From assembly GCA_963728205.1 (NCBI GenBank), contig CAVSIV010000006.1, positions 864,001-928,000 on the forward strand: a stretch of 64,000 nucleotides of DNA, given 5' to 3'. Source of the stretch: an uncultured Chloroflexia bacterium. GTDB lineage: Bacteria > Chloroflexota > Dehalococcoidia > UBA2979. The notes below the pieces were generated by a model, which saw only the letters and a list, made by a program, of their open reading frames with translations, did not search any database and was not told the origin of the DNA. Within the stretch, counting starts at the first letter, position 1. Each line of letters begins with the position of its first letter. A program made the translations under genes and the position numbers. Of the stretch, positions 38,831-48,495 are shown piece after piece.

Positions 38831-40026
38831 GCGGGCCACGGCTGGAGCTCCACGCTGCGCAGGTCGCCGCCGTCTGCCATCGCAATCAGCAGCTGCTCGG
38901 TCACCGCGCCGATGCGATCGAGGCTGAACTGCATCGCCCACGCTCGACAGCGATCCGCGGTCCCCGGCCGGCGCGCGATCTCGATCGCCTCGATCACGGC
39001 ATCGGCCAGCTGCTGGGCGCGCAGCTCGCTGACCAGGTCGCCATACGTCTCGAGCGGCACCGTGACGCCGACGTCGGGGCTGCGCATGATCTCGCCCGGT
39101 CCGGCGGAGGAGCTGCAGACCACGGGGGTGCCGCAGGCGAGCGATTCGGTCACCACCATGCCAAAGGCCTCCTCGACCGAGGGGAGGACGGTCACGGCCG
39201 CGCGGCTGTACTCCATCGGCAGGGCCCGCAGCGCCCCCGCCCCCGGCACCTCGATGGCCGCGCGCGCCGCCGCCCCGGGCACGAGCGCCTCCATGCGCTC
39301 GAGCGTGTACACGTCGGAGCCGCGGTCGAAGCCGAGCCCGAACGGTCCGGCGAGCACCAGCGTCGCCCGCGGGCACCGGCGATGGATCTCGTTCCACGCG
39401 CGGAGCAGCAATGGCCCGCCCTTGCGCGGGTCGCCCAGGTCTCCGGTGAAGAGGACGCGCGGCGCCGACAGGTCCTTCGGCGCGGATGGGGTGAACGTCT
39501 CCGTGTTGACGGGCGGCGGCAGTGCCATGGCCGGCACGCCGTACGTCGCCTCCATCTCGCGCGCGCCGCCCGGCGTCAGCGCAGCGACCCGGTCGGCGTG
39601 GCGCATGAGCTGCTCGAAGACCAGGCGATCCACGCGCCCGGGCCAGCGGTGCGTCCGCAGCACCATGTGGAACAGGTACGGGAGGTCGAGCGCCCGCCGC
39701 AGCAGCGGTGCGGTCACGATGCCCGAGTAGCTCCAGAGGTGCGCCGCGTCGTAGTGCCCGCGCACCAGGTGCCAGGTCGCCTGGGTGCCGAACGCATACA
39801 GCCGCAGGAGCGGACCGTAGTTGTTGAGCACCGGGTGCACCGCCTGGCGCAGGTAGATCACGCGGACGGCGCCGTCATACGCGACGCGGCCGCGGCCCGG
39901 CTTCGAGGTGATGATGTCCACGTGGTGTCCGCGCGCCGCGAGGTAGCCGGTCAGGTCGTGGATGCAGCGTTCGACGCCGCGGCGCATGTACGGCCAGTAG
40001 GCGGGATAGGGATAGGCGATCCTCAC
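38827..40026 (-). CDS. GT4 glycosyltransferase
   Basis: RGVER, DPRKGG, LPSVEEAFGMVVTESLACGTPVV. Confidence 0.92.
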   Translation of the reverse strand: MRIAYPYPAYWPYMRRGVERCIHDLTGYLAARGHHVDIITSKPGRGRVAYDGAVRVIYLRQAVHPVLNNYGPLLRLYAFGTQATWHLVRGHYDAAHLWSYSGIVTAPLLRRALDLPYLFHMVLRTHRWPGRVDRLVFEQLMRHADRVAALTPGGAREMEATYGVPAMALPPPVNTETFTPSAPKDLSAPRVLFTGDLGDPRKGGPLLLRAWNEIHRRCPRATLVLAGPFGLGFDRGSDVYTLERMEALVPGAAARAAIEVPGAGALRALPMEYSRAAVTVLPSVEEAFGMVVTESLACGTPVVCSSSAGPGEIMRSPDVGVTVPLETYGDLVSELRAQQLADAVIEAIEIARRPGTADRCRAWAMQFSLDRIGAVTEQLLIAMADGGDLRSVELQPWPA

Positions 40027-40086
40027 GATCTGGCTCCCCGTGCGCCTGCTGGCCGGAGCGGCGACGTGCCACGACGCCTGCGACGT

Positions 40087-41055
40087 CTACTTGAACGCGT
40101 GGAAGATGACCTTCGGGATGTTCCTGCGGAAGTTGGAATTGAGCAGGAAGCGCGACTGCTCCTCGACCCGCGAGAAGCGCGCGAGGTGCAGCCAGAGCTT
40201 GTACGTCAGCACGCTCGGCTGCCACCACACGTCGCCCTGGCCCGCCCAGCAGAACTGCGCGACCGCGTCCTGGCCGTGGTCGTCCAGATCGGGGTTGTAG
40301 ACGTCCCCGAACACCGCGAAGCCGCGCGTCACGGTAGAGATCGACTCCATCGCACGCAGCGGGTCGCGCAGGTGGATGAGCAGGTCGCTACAGAAGACCA
40401 TGTCGAACGTGCCCAGGCGCTCCGGGCTCACGTCGTAGACGCTGCACGTCTCGTACTGGACGTTCGAGCCGAGGACCTCCTTCGCGATGCGGAAGCCCTC
40501 ACCCTTCGTGATCTTCGGGACGTTCTCCTCCCACTTGTCCCACCACAGGCGCGGGACGTCGGTGCTGTGCGTGTCGGCGACGTCGATGGCAACGACATCC
40601 GCACCGCGCCGCTCGAACTCGAACGCCCAGAACCCGTCGAACGTGGCGACGTCGAGGACGCGCATCCCGGACATGTCCCGGGGCAGGTGGTAGTAGGGCA
40701 GCTGTTCGCGATGGTCGACGTAGCCGGGCGTGGTCACGCCATGCGGGAGCTCGAGCGTGTGGTACCAGTCATATCCGCTGATGCGCTCCAGGATCGCGCG
40801 GGCTTCGGGGGTCGCCGGCACGTTCATCGGCACCACCGGCTTCTCCGCGGGGAAGCCGGCGCGGTACATGTCCGCGCCCTTGTGCAGGCTCTGTTGCGAA
40901 CGCCGACGGGCGCGCGAGAGCGCGCGGAACGGAGCGCTTCCGAGCAGCGACTCCGCGATCGTGGCGTCGAGCCCCAGCCCAATGTCGACCGGCCCGAGGC
41001 TGAGGCGCGTTTCGCGCACCTTCCGCCGCAGTCGACCGTCCCTCACCATCGTCAT
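40087..41055 (-). CDS. CmoB-like (Methyltransf_9/DUF1698-like) SAM methyltransferase A
   Basis: WYHTLELPHGVTTPG, VLDVATFDGFWAFEFERRGA, FDMVFCSDLLIHLRDP, WWQPS; GAGGAGG SD. Confidence 0.85.
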   Translation of the reverse strand: MTMVRDGRLRRKVRETRLSLGPVDIGLGLDATIAESLLGSAPFRALSRARRRSQQSLHKGADMYRAGFPAEKPVVPMNVPATPEARAILERISGYDWYHTLELPHGVTTPGYVDHREQLPYYHLPRDMSGMRVLDVATFDGFWAFEFERRGADVVAIDVADTHSTDVPRLWWDKWEENVPKITKGEGFRIAKEVLGSNVQYETCSVYDVSPERLGTFDMVFCSDLLIHLRDPLRAMESISTVTRGFAVFGDVYNPDLDDHGQDAVAQFCWAGQGDVWWQPSVLTYKLWLHLARFSRVEEQSRFLLNSNFRRNIPKVIFHAFK

Positions 41056-41251
41056 GATGTCCTCCTCGTCGGCGAATCGATCGACCGGCACGACGGCCAC
41101 GAACGAGCATCGGCGCCGGGCCCGTTCGCCGGCCTGGCGTTCCGCCGGCAGTGGCGGACTTCCCCGGCCGGCGCAGAGCCTCCCGACACGGTGAGCAGGC
41201 GGGCTCCCGCAGCCCGCGTCTGCTGGAAGTGCCGGCGCGCTGATGGGCGGG

Positions 41252-41283
41252 ATTCTCGGGCCGACGCAGTTAACCGCGAGTTA
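41252..41283 (-). promoter_or_regulatory. TAAC-N7-TAAC box + -10 (site 2)
   Basis: TAAC TCGCGGT TAAC-N11-GAGAAT. Confidence 0.7.
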
Positions 41284-41371
41284 CGCCGGTCGGGTGCCGG
41301 CCGGCCCCCGGGCGCCGACGCGAACGCGTGGCCCACCCTCCGGGACTGTGGACGCGCGTCGCGGGACGCGC

Positions 41372-42409
41372 TCAGAGCACGATGCGGCGATGGCGCACGC
41401 TTCCGTACCAGAGGGAGAGGACGAGCAGCAGCGAGCTCTCCACCTGGATCGCCAGGCGCAGCGCCGCGCGGGCCCAGCGGCCCGGGGGCCAGGCATCAAT
41501 ACGCAGGATGGGCATGACCGAGCGGAGCCAGGGCAACGCGAGCAGGAGCGCCGGCCGCCGCCGCCACCCGCACAGCGCGGCCGCAATGAAGAGGTAGAAC
41601 TGCGCCGTCTGTCGCTTGAGAAAGAAGCGACGGTAGAAGCACATGGTGCGCAGCTCCGGGGCGACCGCGACCATCCGCGGGACGACCTGCGCCTGCACGG
41701 CGTTGAGCAGGTACTCGCGCGCCGACACCGGCGACGCCTGGTGCCGCACCGCGGCCGCCGGCGCAAACGCCGAGGCGTAACCGGCGCGCTTCACACGCCA
41801 CGCCATCTCGGTGTCGTCCCCGCCGATGGGCTGCCCCCAGGCGTACGTGCGGGAGCGCTCGTCAAAGCCACCCAGCCGGAGGAAGACGTCGCGCCGGTAG
41901 AAGATGTTCGCGGTCGGGTACAGCCCCTCCTCGCGGTCGACGGCGTTGATCTGGTGCACGAAGAACGGCGCGTCCCGACCGACGGGGATCGGCAGGATCG
42001 GCCCGCACACGAGCCCGGTGCCGGCAGTGAACGCCCCGACGCCGGAGCTGAGCCAGCCGGGCTCGGGGAGACAATCGCTGTCCGTGAACGCGACGAACTC
42101 GCCGGCGGCGAGCTCGGCGCCGCGGTTCCGCGACGAGGCGGGCCCGTCGTTCTCCTTGCGCACGTACCGCACGGGCAGCCCGCCTTCGGTTGCCCGCAGG
42201 ACGACGTCGCGCGTCTCGTCGTCCGACTCGTTGTCCACGACGATGATTTCCGCGCGCGCGAGGGAGAACGTCTGCTGCGACAGCGCCACCAGGAGGTCGC
42301 GGAGTTGCGGCGCCCGGTTGCGCGTCGGGACAACGATGCTGACGAGCGGCGCGCCGGAAGCGGTGGGGCGATCCGGGGTCCCGCCCGTCCGGTGCGCGTC
42401 AGTACTCAC
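41372..42409 (-). CDS. GT2 glycosyltransferase
   Basis: VSIVVPTRNR, VVDNESDD, GPASSRN, AFTDSDC, GGDDTEMAWR. Confidence 0.92.
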   Translation of the reverse strand: MSTDAHRTGGTPDRPTASGAPLVSIVVPTRNRAPQLRDLLVALSQQTFSLARAEIIVVDNESDDETRDVVLRATEGGLPVRYVRKENDGPASSRNRGAELAAGEFVAFTDSDCLPEPGWLSSGVGAFTAGTGLVCGPILPIPVGRDAPFFVHQINAVDREEGLYPTANIFYRRDVFLRLGGFDERSRTYAWGQPIGGDDTEMAWRVKRAGYASAFAPAAAVRHQASPVSAREYLLNAVQAQVVPRMVAVAPELRTMCFYRRFFLKRQTAQFYLFIAAALCGWRRRPALLLALPWLRSVMPILRIDAWPPGRWARAALRLAIQVESSLLLVLSLWYGSVRHRRIVL

Positions 42410-43193
42410 CGAGCGAGCCCCGCCGCTTCGCGTGCGCGACCGCCCGGTCGAACGTCAACGTCCCGACCGGCACGAGGATCAGCGCCGTCAGCGCGAGCAC
42501 GAGGACCTGCGGCGCCACGGCGGTCGGCGGCCGCCCGTCGAGGCCGGCCCGCACTCCGTCGAGGACGTAGGTGATCGGGAGCAGCATCGCGAACGGATGC
42601 AGCCAGCTCGGGAGAACGCTGACGGGGAACACCACGCCGCCGAGCAGCGCCATCGCGCCGGCGTAGGCGAGGCGAATCGGGTCGCCCTGCTTCACCACGA
42701 TGACGAACGCACCCGAGAGCGCGCCGATACCCGCGAACGTGCCGATCGCCGGCAGCGCCACGAGCAAGATCGTGAGCGGGTCGGCGCCGCGCCAGAAGCC
42801 CAGCGCAACCACCCCGAAGCCGATGAGGATCACCGCGCGGAGTATCGCGAGCAGGAAGCGAAACAGCCAGAACGACAACAGCAGCGTGGTGGTGGAGATC
42901 GGCGCGAGCAGGACCGGCTCGAGCGTGCCCGCGCGCTGGCTGTCGCTGATGTGAGCGGGGAGGCCGTTCATCGCCTGTGCCATGAGGTCCATCACGGCGA
43001 GCCCGACGAGCAGGAACGCCACGTAGCTCCCGCCCTCCTCTCCGATCAGCTTCGAGCGATCCCCGACCGCGTTGCCGCCGAGGAAGACGATGGCCGCGAG
43101 CACGATCACCGACGCCAGCTGCCAGAACGCGGCAAGCCGGTAGCTGCTCCAGACCAGGAAGTCCCGCCGCAGGTATCCGAACACGACCGTCAC
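42399..43193 (-). CDS. ABC-2 type transporter permease
   Basis: 6 TMs; GTLE..L..P, GV.FPVSVLP.WL, P.TY...G.R. Confidence 0.9.
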   Translation of the reverse strand: MTVVFGYLRRDFLVWSSYRLAAFWQLASVIVLAAIVFLGGNAVGDRSKLIGEEGGSYVAFLLVGLAVMDLMAQAMNGLPAHISDSQRAGTLEPVLLAPISTTTLLLSFWLFRFLLAILRAVILIGFGVVALGFWRGADPLTILLVALPAIGTFAGIGALSGAFVIVVKQGDPIRLAYAGAMALLGGVVFPVSVLPSWLHPFAMLLPITYVLDGVRAGLDGRPPTAVAPQVLVLALTALILVPVGTLTFDRAVAHAKRRGSLGEY

Positions 43194-44212
43194 GCCGGCA
43201 CCTCCTCGCGCGGCACGCGCGGCTGGCCCTTCGCGATCCGCGAGAACACCTCCTCCAGGGGGAGGTCGCGTCGCTCGCACGACCACACGCTGCCGCCGCT
43301 CGTCACGACGTGACCGATCACGGCGGGGATGCTGGGGCGGCCGCGCTCGATGCCGAGTCGCACCAGCCGCCTGCCATCGGCCATTGGCAGGCTCTCCACC
43401 GCGGTCACCCCCCGGATTCGACGAAGCTCATCGAGGGTCGCCCGACCCAGCGGCCCCACGGTGAGCTCGTACACATCGTCGGCCTCGATGAAGTCGCGGA
43501 GGTCCGAGACGCTCCCGCTGACCTGGATCGCGCCGTGGTTGATGAACGCCAGGCGATCGCACAGGTACTCGGCTTCGGCCATGATGTTCGTCGCGATGAG
43601 AACGCAGCGATGCTCGCCGACGACGCGCTCCTTGATCAGGCTCCGCAGCTCCTCGGAGCCGACCGGATCGAGGGTTCTCGTCGGCTCGTCCATGATCAGG
43701 ATGTCGGGATCGTGGAGGAGGCCGCGCGCGATCGAAACGCGCTGGCGCATGCCGGACGAGAAGTGGTGCATCCGCACGTCCGCTGCGTGGGAGATGCCCA
43801 CGACCTCGAGCAGCTCCATCGCCCGACGCTTCGCCTCGCGACGCGACATTCCGTAGAGCGACGCGTAGAAGGCGAGGTTCTCGAGGGCCGAGAGGCGCCA
43901 GTAGAACGTGCGCTCGTCCCCGTAGACGACCCCGAGCTTGCGTCGCACCGCGAGACCATGCGACCGCACGTCGAGCCCGTCCACCGTCACCGTCCCCGCG
44001 GTCGGCAGGGTCAGGGTGGCGATCACCTTCACCAGCGTGGTCTTCCCGGCCCCGTTGGGGCCCAGCAGCCCGCAGATCTCGCCGCGGTCGACCGCGAGGC
44101 TGAGGTGATCCAGCGCGACGGCGCCGGGATCGCGCCGCAGCAGCGACCGCCAGCCCTGCTGCTGCGGAAACCGCACGACGAGTTCGCTGGCGACGATGGC
44201 TGCGGATGTCAT
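43190..44212 (-). CDS. ABC transporter ATP-binding protein (DrrA-like)
   Basis: GPNGAGKTT, FSSGMRQR, MDEPT; H-loop His replaced (ATNIM). Confidence 0.92.
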   Translation of the reverse strand: MTSAAIVASELVVRFPQQQGWRSLLRRDPGAVALDHLSLAVDRGEICGLLGPNGAGKTTLVKVIATLTLPTAGTVTVDGLDVRSHGLAVRRKLGVVYGDERTFYWRLSALENLAFYASLYGMSRREAKRRAMELLEVVGISHAADVRMHHFSSGMRQRVSIARGLLHDPDILIMDEPTRTLDPVGSEELRSLIKERVVGEHRCVLIATNIMAEAEYLCDRLAFINHGAIQVSGSVSDLRDFIEADDVYELTVGPLGRATLDELRRIRGVTAVESLPMADGRRLVRLGIERGRPSIPAVIGHVVTSGGSVWSCERRDLPLEEVFSRIAKGQPRVPREEVPA

Positions 44213-44239
44213 GTGGCGTGATGAAAGCCGCCGGCTGGA

Positions 44240-44270
44240 TAACTGGCAGTTAACCGCGGGGCCACAGACT
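44240..44270 (+). promoter_or_regulatory. TAAC-N7-TAAC box + -10 (site 3), in divergent intergenic region
   Basis: TAAC TGGCAGT TAAC-N10-CAGACT; core is also palindromic (TAACTG.CAGTTA). Confidence 0.7.
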
Positions 44271-44292
44271 CCGCAGGCTCCCCTCGAACGGA

Positions 44293-45996
44293 GTGCAGCT
44301 CGCGACGGATCGGGCTCCCTCCCTGCCGTCTCCGCGGTCCGACCGTTCCGTCAGGAGGTCCGGCGTGCCGCCACGACTCGTCCGCCCGCTTGCCGTCGCC
44401 CTCCTCGTCTTCGCCACATTCGGCGCGGTGCGCTCCACCGCGGCCGCACCCATCTCCCTCACCACCGTCGACCAGACGTTCGGGACGGGGGGCTTCACGA
44501 CGGTGGACATCGGCGGACCCGGGGGCCCAAACGGTCAGCAGGAGGACGAGCCGTTCTCCATCGTCGTGCAGCCGGACGGCAACTACGTCGTCGCCGGGAA
44601 GGCGTTGAATCCGCGAACGAAGAACATCGACTTCGCGATTCTCCGCTACACGCCGCGCGGAGTGCTCGACTCCACCTTTGGCTGGAACGGCATCGTGCTC
44701 GTGGACTTCACCGGGGATCACGACGAGGCGATGTCGGTCGCGTTGCAGCCGGACGGGAAGATTCTCGTCGCCGGGCTCGCGGGTCGCTCGAACGGGAACA
44801 GCGACTTCGGACTGGTGCGCCTCAACCGGAACGGCAGCCGCGACACGACGTTCGGCTGGAACGGCGTCGTGATGACCGACTTCTTCGGCCAGCCCGACCA
44901 GGCGCTGGGGGTGGTCCTGCAGAGCGACGGCAAGATCATCGTCGGCGGGTACGCGACCCGAAGCGCCGGCAACATGGACTTCGCGCTCGCGCGCTACTAC
45001 CCGACGGGGGCGGTCGACGCGACGTTCGGAATCGGCGGCCGCTCGACGGCGAACTTCTGGGGCCGCATCGACGCCATCTACAAGCTCGCGCTCAATCCTC
45101 TGGGGCGCATCGTCGCCGCCGGGGTCGCGCAGCGGCCCGACGGCACGATGGACTTCGCGGTCGGCCGCTTCCAGGCCAGCGGTGCACCCGACAGCACGTT
45201 CGGGCTCGGCGGCTTCGTCGCGACGGATTTCTTCGGCGACCAGGACGTCGCCTATTCGCTGCTCGTCGAGCCCGACAGCTCAATCGTCGCCGGGGGGATC
45301 GCATACAACCCCGCCGGAGGCGGCGGGGACCTGGCCCTCGTGAAATACCTGGCGAACGGAGCGATCGACACGTCGTTCGCCCGCTCCGGAACGACGCCCG
45401 GCAAGGTGATCGTGGACTTCTTCGGCGACTACGACCAGGCGCTGTGGCTGGTGCGGCAGCCTGATGGCAAGATCGTCGCCATCGGTCATGCCAAGGACCA
45501 GGCGCGGAGCTTCAACTTCGGCCTCGCGCGGTTCGCGCCGAACGGCGAGCTGGATCCGACGTTCGGCAGCGGCGGCACATACGTCACCGACTTCTACAGC
45601 GGCCCGGATGGCGCGCATGCCGGCGCGTTGCTCGACGACGGCGCCCTGATCGTCGTCGGCGACGCGTTTGTCCCCGCGACGGACAGCGACGACTTCACGA
45701 TCATCAGGTACCTGGTCTCCGACCCGAGCTGGATCGCCGGGGTCGTGCGCTCGCTGCCCGCGACCGCCTTCGACGACGCGGCGCGCGGCGCGAGCATCGC
45801 GGCATCGCTCGACGACGCACAGGCCGCGCTCGCGAGCGGCGACGCTGCGGGCGCGCTCTCGCCGTTGCAGACGCTCGAGTCGCACCTGCAGGGATGCCCG
45901 GCGAGCCCCGACGGCGACGCGTGGATCGTCGATTGCGCCGCCCAGGTGCGCGTGCGTGGCCTGGTCGAGAGCGTCATCGCCAGGCTCGCGCCCTAG
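44293..45996 (+). CDS. Secreted delta-60 repeat beta-propeller protein with helical C-terminal domain
   Basis: Signal peptide; about 7 repeats of VQPDGKI.V.G....DF...R....G.LD.TFG..G...TDF. Confidence 0.88.
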   Translation: MQLATDRAPSLPSPRSDRSVRRSGVPPRLVRPLAVALLVFATFGAVRSTAAAPISLTTVDQTFGTGGFTTVDIGGPGGPNGQQEDEPFSIVVQPDGNYVVAGKALNPRTKNIDFAILRYTPRGVLDSTFGWNGIVLVDFTGDHDEAMSVALQPDGKILVAGLAGRSNGNSDFGLVRLNRNGSRDTTFGWNGVVMTDFFGQPDQALGVVLQSDGKIIVGGYATRSAGNMDFALARYYPTGAVDATFGIGGRSTANFWGRIDAIYKLALNPLGRIVAAGVAQRPDGTMDFAVGRFQASGAPDSTFGLGGFVATDFFGDQDVAYSLLVEPDSSIVAGGIAYNPAGGGGDLALVKYLANGAIDTSFARSGTTPGKVIVDFFGDYDQALWLVRQPDGKIVAIGHAKDQARSFNFGLARFAPNGELDPTFGSGGTYVTDFYSGPDGAHAGALLDDGALIVVGDAFVPATDSDDFTIIRYLVSDPSWIAGVVRSLPATAFDDAARGASIAASLDDAQAALASGDAAGALSPLQTLESHLQGCPASPDGDAWIVDCAAQVRVRGLVESVIARLAP

Positions 45997-45998
45997 CG

Positions 45999-47210
45999 AT
46001 GGCCGCCCCGCGCGATCCCGCGAAAGGCATCGCTCCGCTGCCGTCACGCGGCCCGACCGCGCCCGGCGAGCTCAGCGCCCCGTGGGTCACCTGGGCCCTC
46101 TCGCAGGGTGGGCTTCGGCTGGACGCGCCGGTCGCGTCAATCGAGGTCGAGACGCTCAAGTCGCAGGCTGCCCTCACCGGCAGCGTCGCGCGCGTGCGGC
46201 TTCGCGCGCCCGGCGCCGGACTCCCGCCATCGCTGATCGCGAAGTTCCCCGCCTCGACCGGTCCCACCCGCGCACTGGCGGAGCGCTTCGACCTGTACCG
46301 CCGTGAGGCGCGGTTTTACCGCGAGCTCGCCGCGACCTGCGGGGTACCGACGCCGCGGCCGTACTACACGCCGCGCGACGACGAGCCGAGCGTGCTGCTA
46401 ATCGAGGATCTCGTCGACACCGTCTCCGTGGACGTGGTCGACGGCGCGTCCTTCGATCAGGTCGCCGCCGTCGTCGAGCTCCTGGCGCCAATGCACGCTC
46501 GCTTCTGGAACGACACCGCGCTCGCCGCGCACTCGTGGCTGCCGGCCCCGAACAACGCCGTGATCCTCGAGCTGGTCGGAGAGCTGGGTACGCACCCCTG
46601 GCGCCAGTTCCGCCGGCAGTTCGCTCGCTCGCTGCCGGCAGACGTCGTGGACATCGGCGATCGACTTGCCGTCGACCGCACCGTGCTCGACCGCCTCTCC
46701 GCCGCCCCCTGGACGCTCGTGCACGGCGACATGCGCATCCACAACATCCTGTTTCGCTCCGATCGCCCCGCGCAGCCGCGAGCGGTGATCGACTGGCAGA
46801 CCGCCACGCGCGGGAGAGGCCCGCTCGACCTCGCCCACCTCTTCGTCAACAGCCTTGACGTCGAGGACCGCCGGCGGGCGGAGGCGGACCTGCTGCCCCG
46901 CTACCACGCGCTCCTGCGCGCGGCGGGCGTCGCCGGGTACGAGCTCGAGGATTGCCGGATCGACTATCGCCTCGCCGTCGCCAACCAGTTCAGCCAGGTG
47001 GTCGCGCTCAACGCCCTGATCGACCCGTTGTCGAAGCTCGACGACGAGGTCGCGACGTCGACGGGCGCTCGTCTCGTCGCGGCGCTCCGCGAGCTGCGGG
47101 TGCTCGACATCCTCCCGCCGACGCGGCGCCAGCGCGTCCGGGCACGCGTGAAGCGCGTGCTCCCCGCGCCGGCGAGGCGGCTCGCGCGCGCCGCGCTGCG
47201 CCGCCGCTGA
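45999..47210 (+). CDS. APH/EcKinase-like phosphotransferase
   Basis: LIAKF, RE.RFY, LLIEDL, TLVHGDMR..NILF, VIDWQ. Confidence 0.88.
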   Translation: MAAPRDPAKGIAPLPSRGPTAPGELSAPWVTWALSQGGLRLDAPVASIEVETLKSQAALTGSVARVRLRAPGAGLPPSLIAKFPASTGPTRALAERFDLYRREARFYRELAATCGVPTPRPYYTPRDDEPSVLLIEDLVDTVSVDVVDGASFDQVAAVVELLAPMHARFWNDTALAAHSWLPAPNNAVILELVGELGTHPWRQFRRQFARSLPADVVDIGDRLAVDRTVLDRLSAAPWTLVHGDMRIHNILFRSDRPAQPRAVIDWQTATRGRGPLDLAHLFVNSLDVEDRRRAEADLLPRYHALLRAAGVAGYELEDCRIDYRLAVANQFSQVVALNALIDPLSKLDDEVATSTGARLVAALRELRVLDILPPTRRQRVRARVKRVLPAPARRLARAALRRR

Positions 47211-47299
47211 CGAGGCGTGCCGCTCGCGCCCGCGGCCGGCGCCATCGCGCTCCGCCGGCCTCGACCCCGGTCATACGCGCGAGGCGCTGCCATCTCCAT

Positions 47300-47331
47300 T
47301 AACTGCCGCGTAACTCGACGCATCTTAGATA
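47300..47331 (+). promoter_or_regulatory. TAAC-N7-TAAC box + -10 (site 4)
   Basis: TAAC TGCCGCG TAAC-N11-TAGATA. Confidence 0.65.
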
Positions 47332-47423
47332 CGCGGACCGGGGACCTGCGGCGCGATCGCCAGGTTGGGGTCCCGCGCTCCCGCATGAGCGTCGCAAGAC
47401 GCAGATACACGAGGACGGCGGCT

Positions 47424-48446
47424 GTGTCGTTGAGCGTCGAGAAGAAGCTGACCGTCGCGGGGCTCGAGCTCGGGCTCGGCGTCGATGCCGCCCGCGCTGA
47501 GGCGCTGCGCACCAGTGGAGCCTATCGTCGCGTCCTGCAGCCGGCGCTCCTTGCTGCCAGGCGGCTGCGGCGAACGCGCCCCTCCGGCGCGGGCCCGGCG
47601 GTCGCCTCTGAAACGCGGGGGTCCCGGCCCGCGCCGCCCGCGACGGTGCAGCACGACCCGCGCGCCGCCGAGATCTGGGCCCAGATCGCGGACATCGGCT
47701 GGTACCACACCATCGACCTCGGACACGGCGTGGCGACGCCCGGCTTCATCGACAACCGGCCCACCGTCCATCGCTTCGGCATCCCGCAGGCGCTCACCGG
47801 GGCGCGCTGTCTCGACATCGGCACCTACGACGGTTTCTGGGCGTTCGAGTTTGAGCGGCGCGGGGCGACCGAGTCCATCGGCATCGACGTCGACTCCCCG
47901 GCCGACTACGACATCCCCCGTCCCTTCCGGTTGCTGGCCGACGAGCGCGCGGAGCACGCCCCGGAGACGCTCGAGCGCGACTGGAACACGCAGATGGCGC
48001 CCGTGGGCATGCAGTGGCCGGGCCAGGGCTTCCACGTCGCCGCGCGTCTGCTCGGGTCGAAGGCGCGCCGCGAGGTGCTCAACGTCTACGACCTCGCACC
48101 CGAGCGGCTGGGGATGTTCGACCTCGTCTTCATCAGCCAGCTGCTCCTCCGCCTGCGCGACCCCCAGACGGTGCTCGACAACATGATCTCGGTCACGAAG
48201 CCGGGTGGGTGCGCAATTGTGGCCGAGGGATACGACCCCGAATTGGAGCGACTCTCTCAGCCGGTCAGCCGCTTCGTCGGCGTGCAGTCGATGGGCATCT
48301 GGTGGTCGCACAGCATCAAGGCCATGAAGTTGATCATGGAGACGGCCGGCTACGAGCGCGTCGCGGTCGTGTCGACCTTCGAGGCCGAGAACCGCGTGGG
48401 ACGCTTCCCGAAGGTCGTGCTGCGCGGCTACGCGCCGCCGGCCTAG
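47424..48446 (+). CDS. CmoB-like SAM methyltransferase B
   Basis: WYHTIDLGHGVATPG, CLDIGTYDGFWAFEFERRGA, FDLVFISQLLLRLRDP. Confidence 0.85.
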   Translation: MSLSVEKKLTVAGLELGLGVDAARAEALRTSGAYRRVLQPALLAARRLRRTRPSGAGPAVASETRGSRPAPPATVQHDPRAAEIWAQIADIGWYHTIDLGHGVATPGFIDNRPTVHRFGIPQALTGARCLDIGTYDGFWAFEFERRGATESIGIDVDSPADYDIPRPFRLLADERAEHAPETLERDWNTQMAPVGMQWPGQGFHVAARLLGSKARREVLNVYDLAPERLGMFDLVFISQLLLRLRDPQTVLDNMISVTKPGGCAIVAEGYDPELERLSQPVSRFVGVQSMGIWWSHSIKAMKLIMETAGYERVAVVSTFEAENRVGRFPKVVLRGYAPPA

Positions 48447-48495
48447 CGGATCCGCCCGGGTGTCGCGTCGAGGCTCGACGTCCGAGGGGTGAGCA

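Noticed and set aside
40087-41055. Genuine tRNA-modifying cmoB
   Set aside because: Three paralogs embedded in glycosyltransferase operons, without the recognisable CmoB N-terminal region; symbol not assigned.
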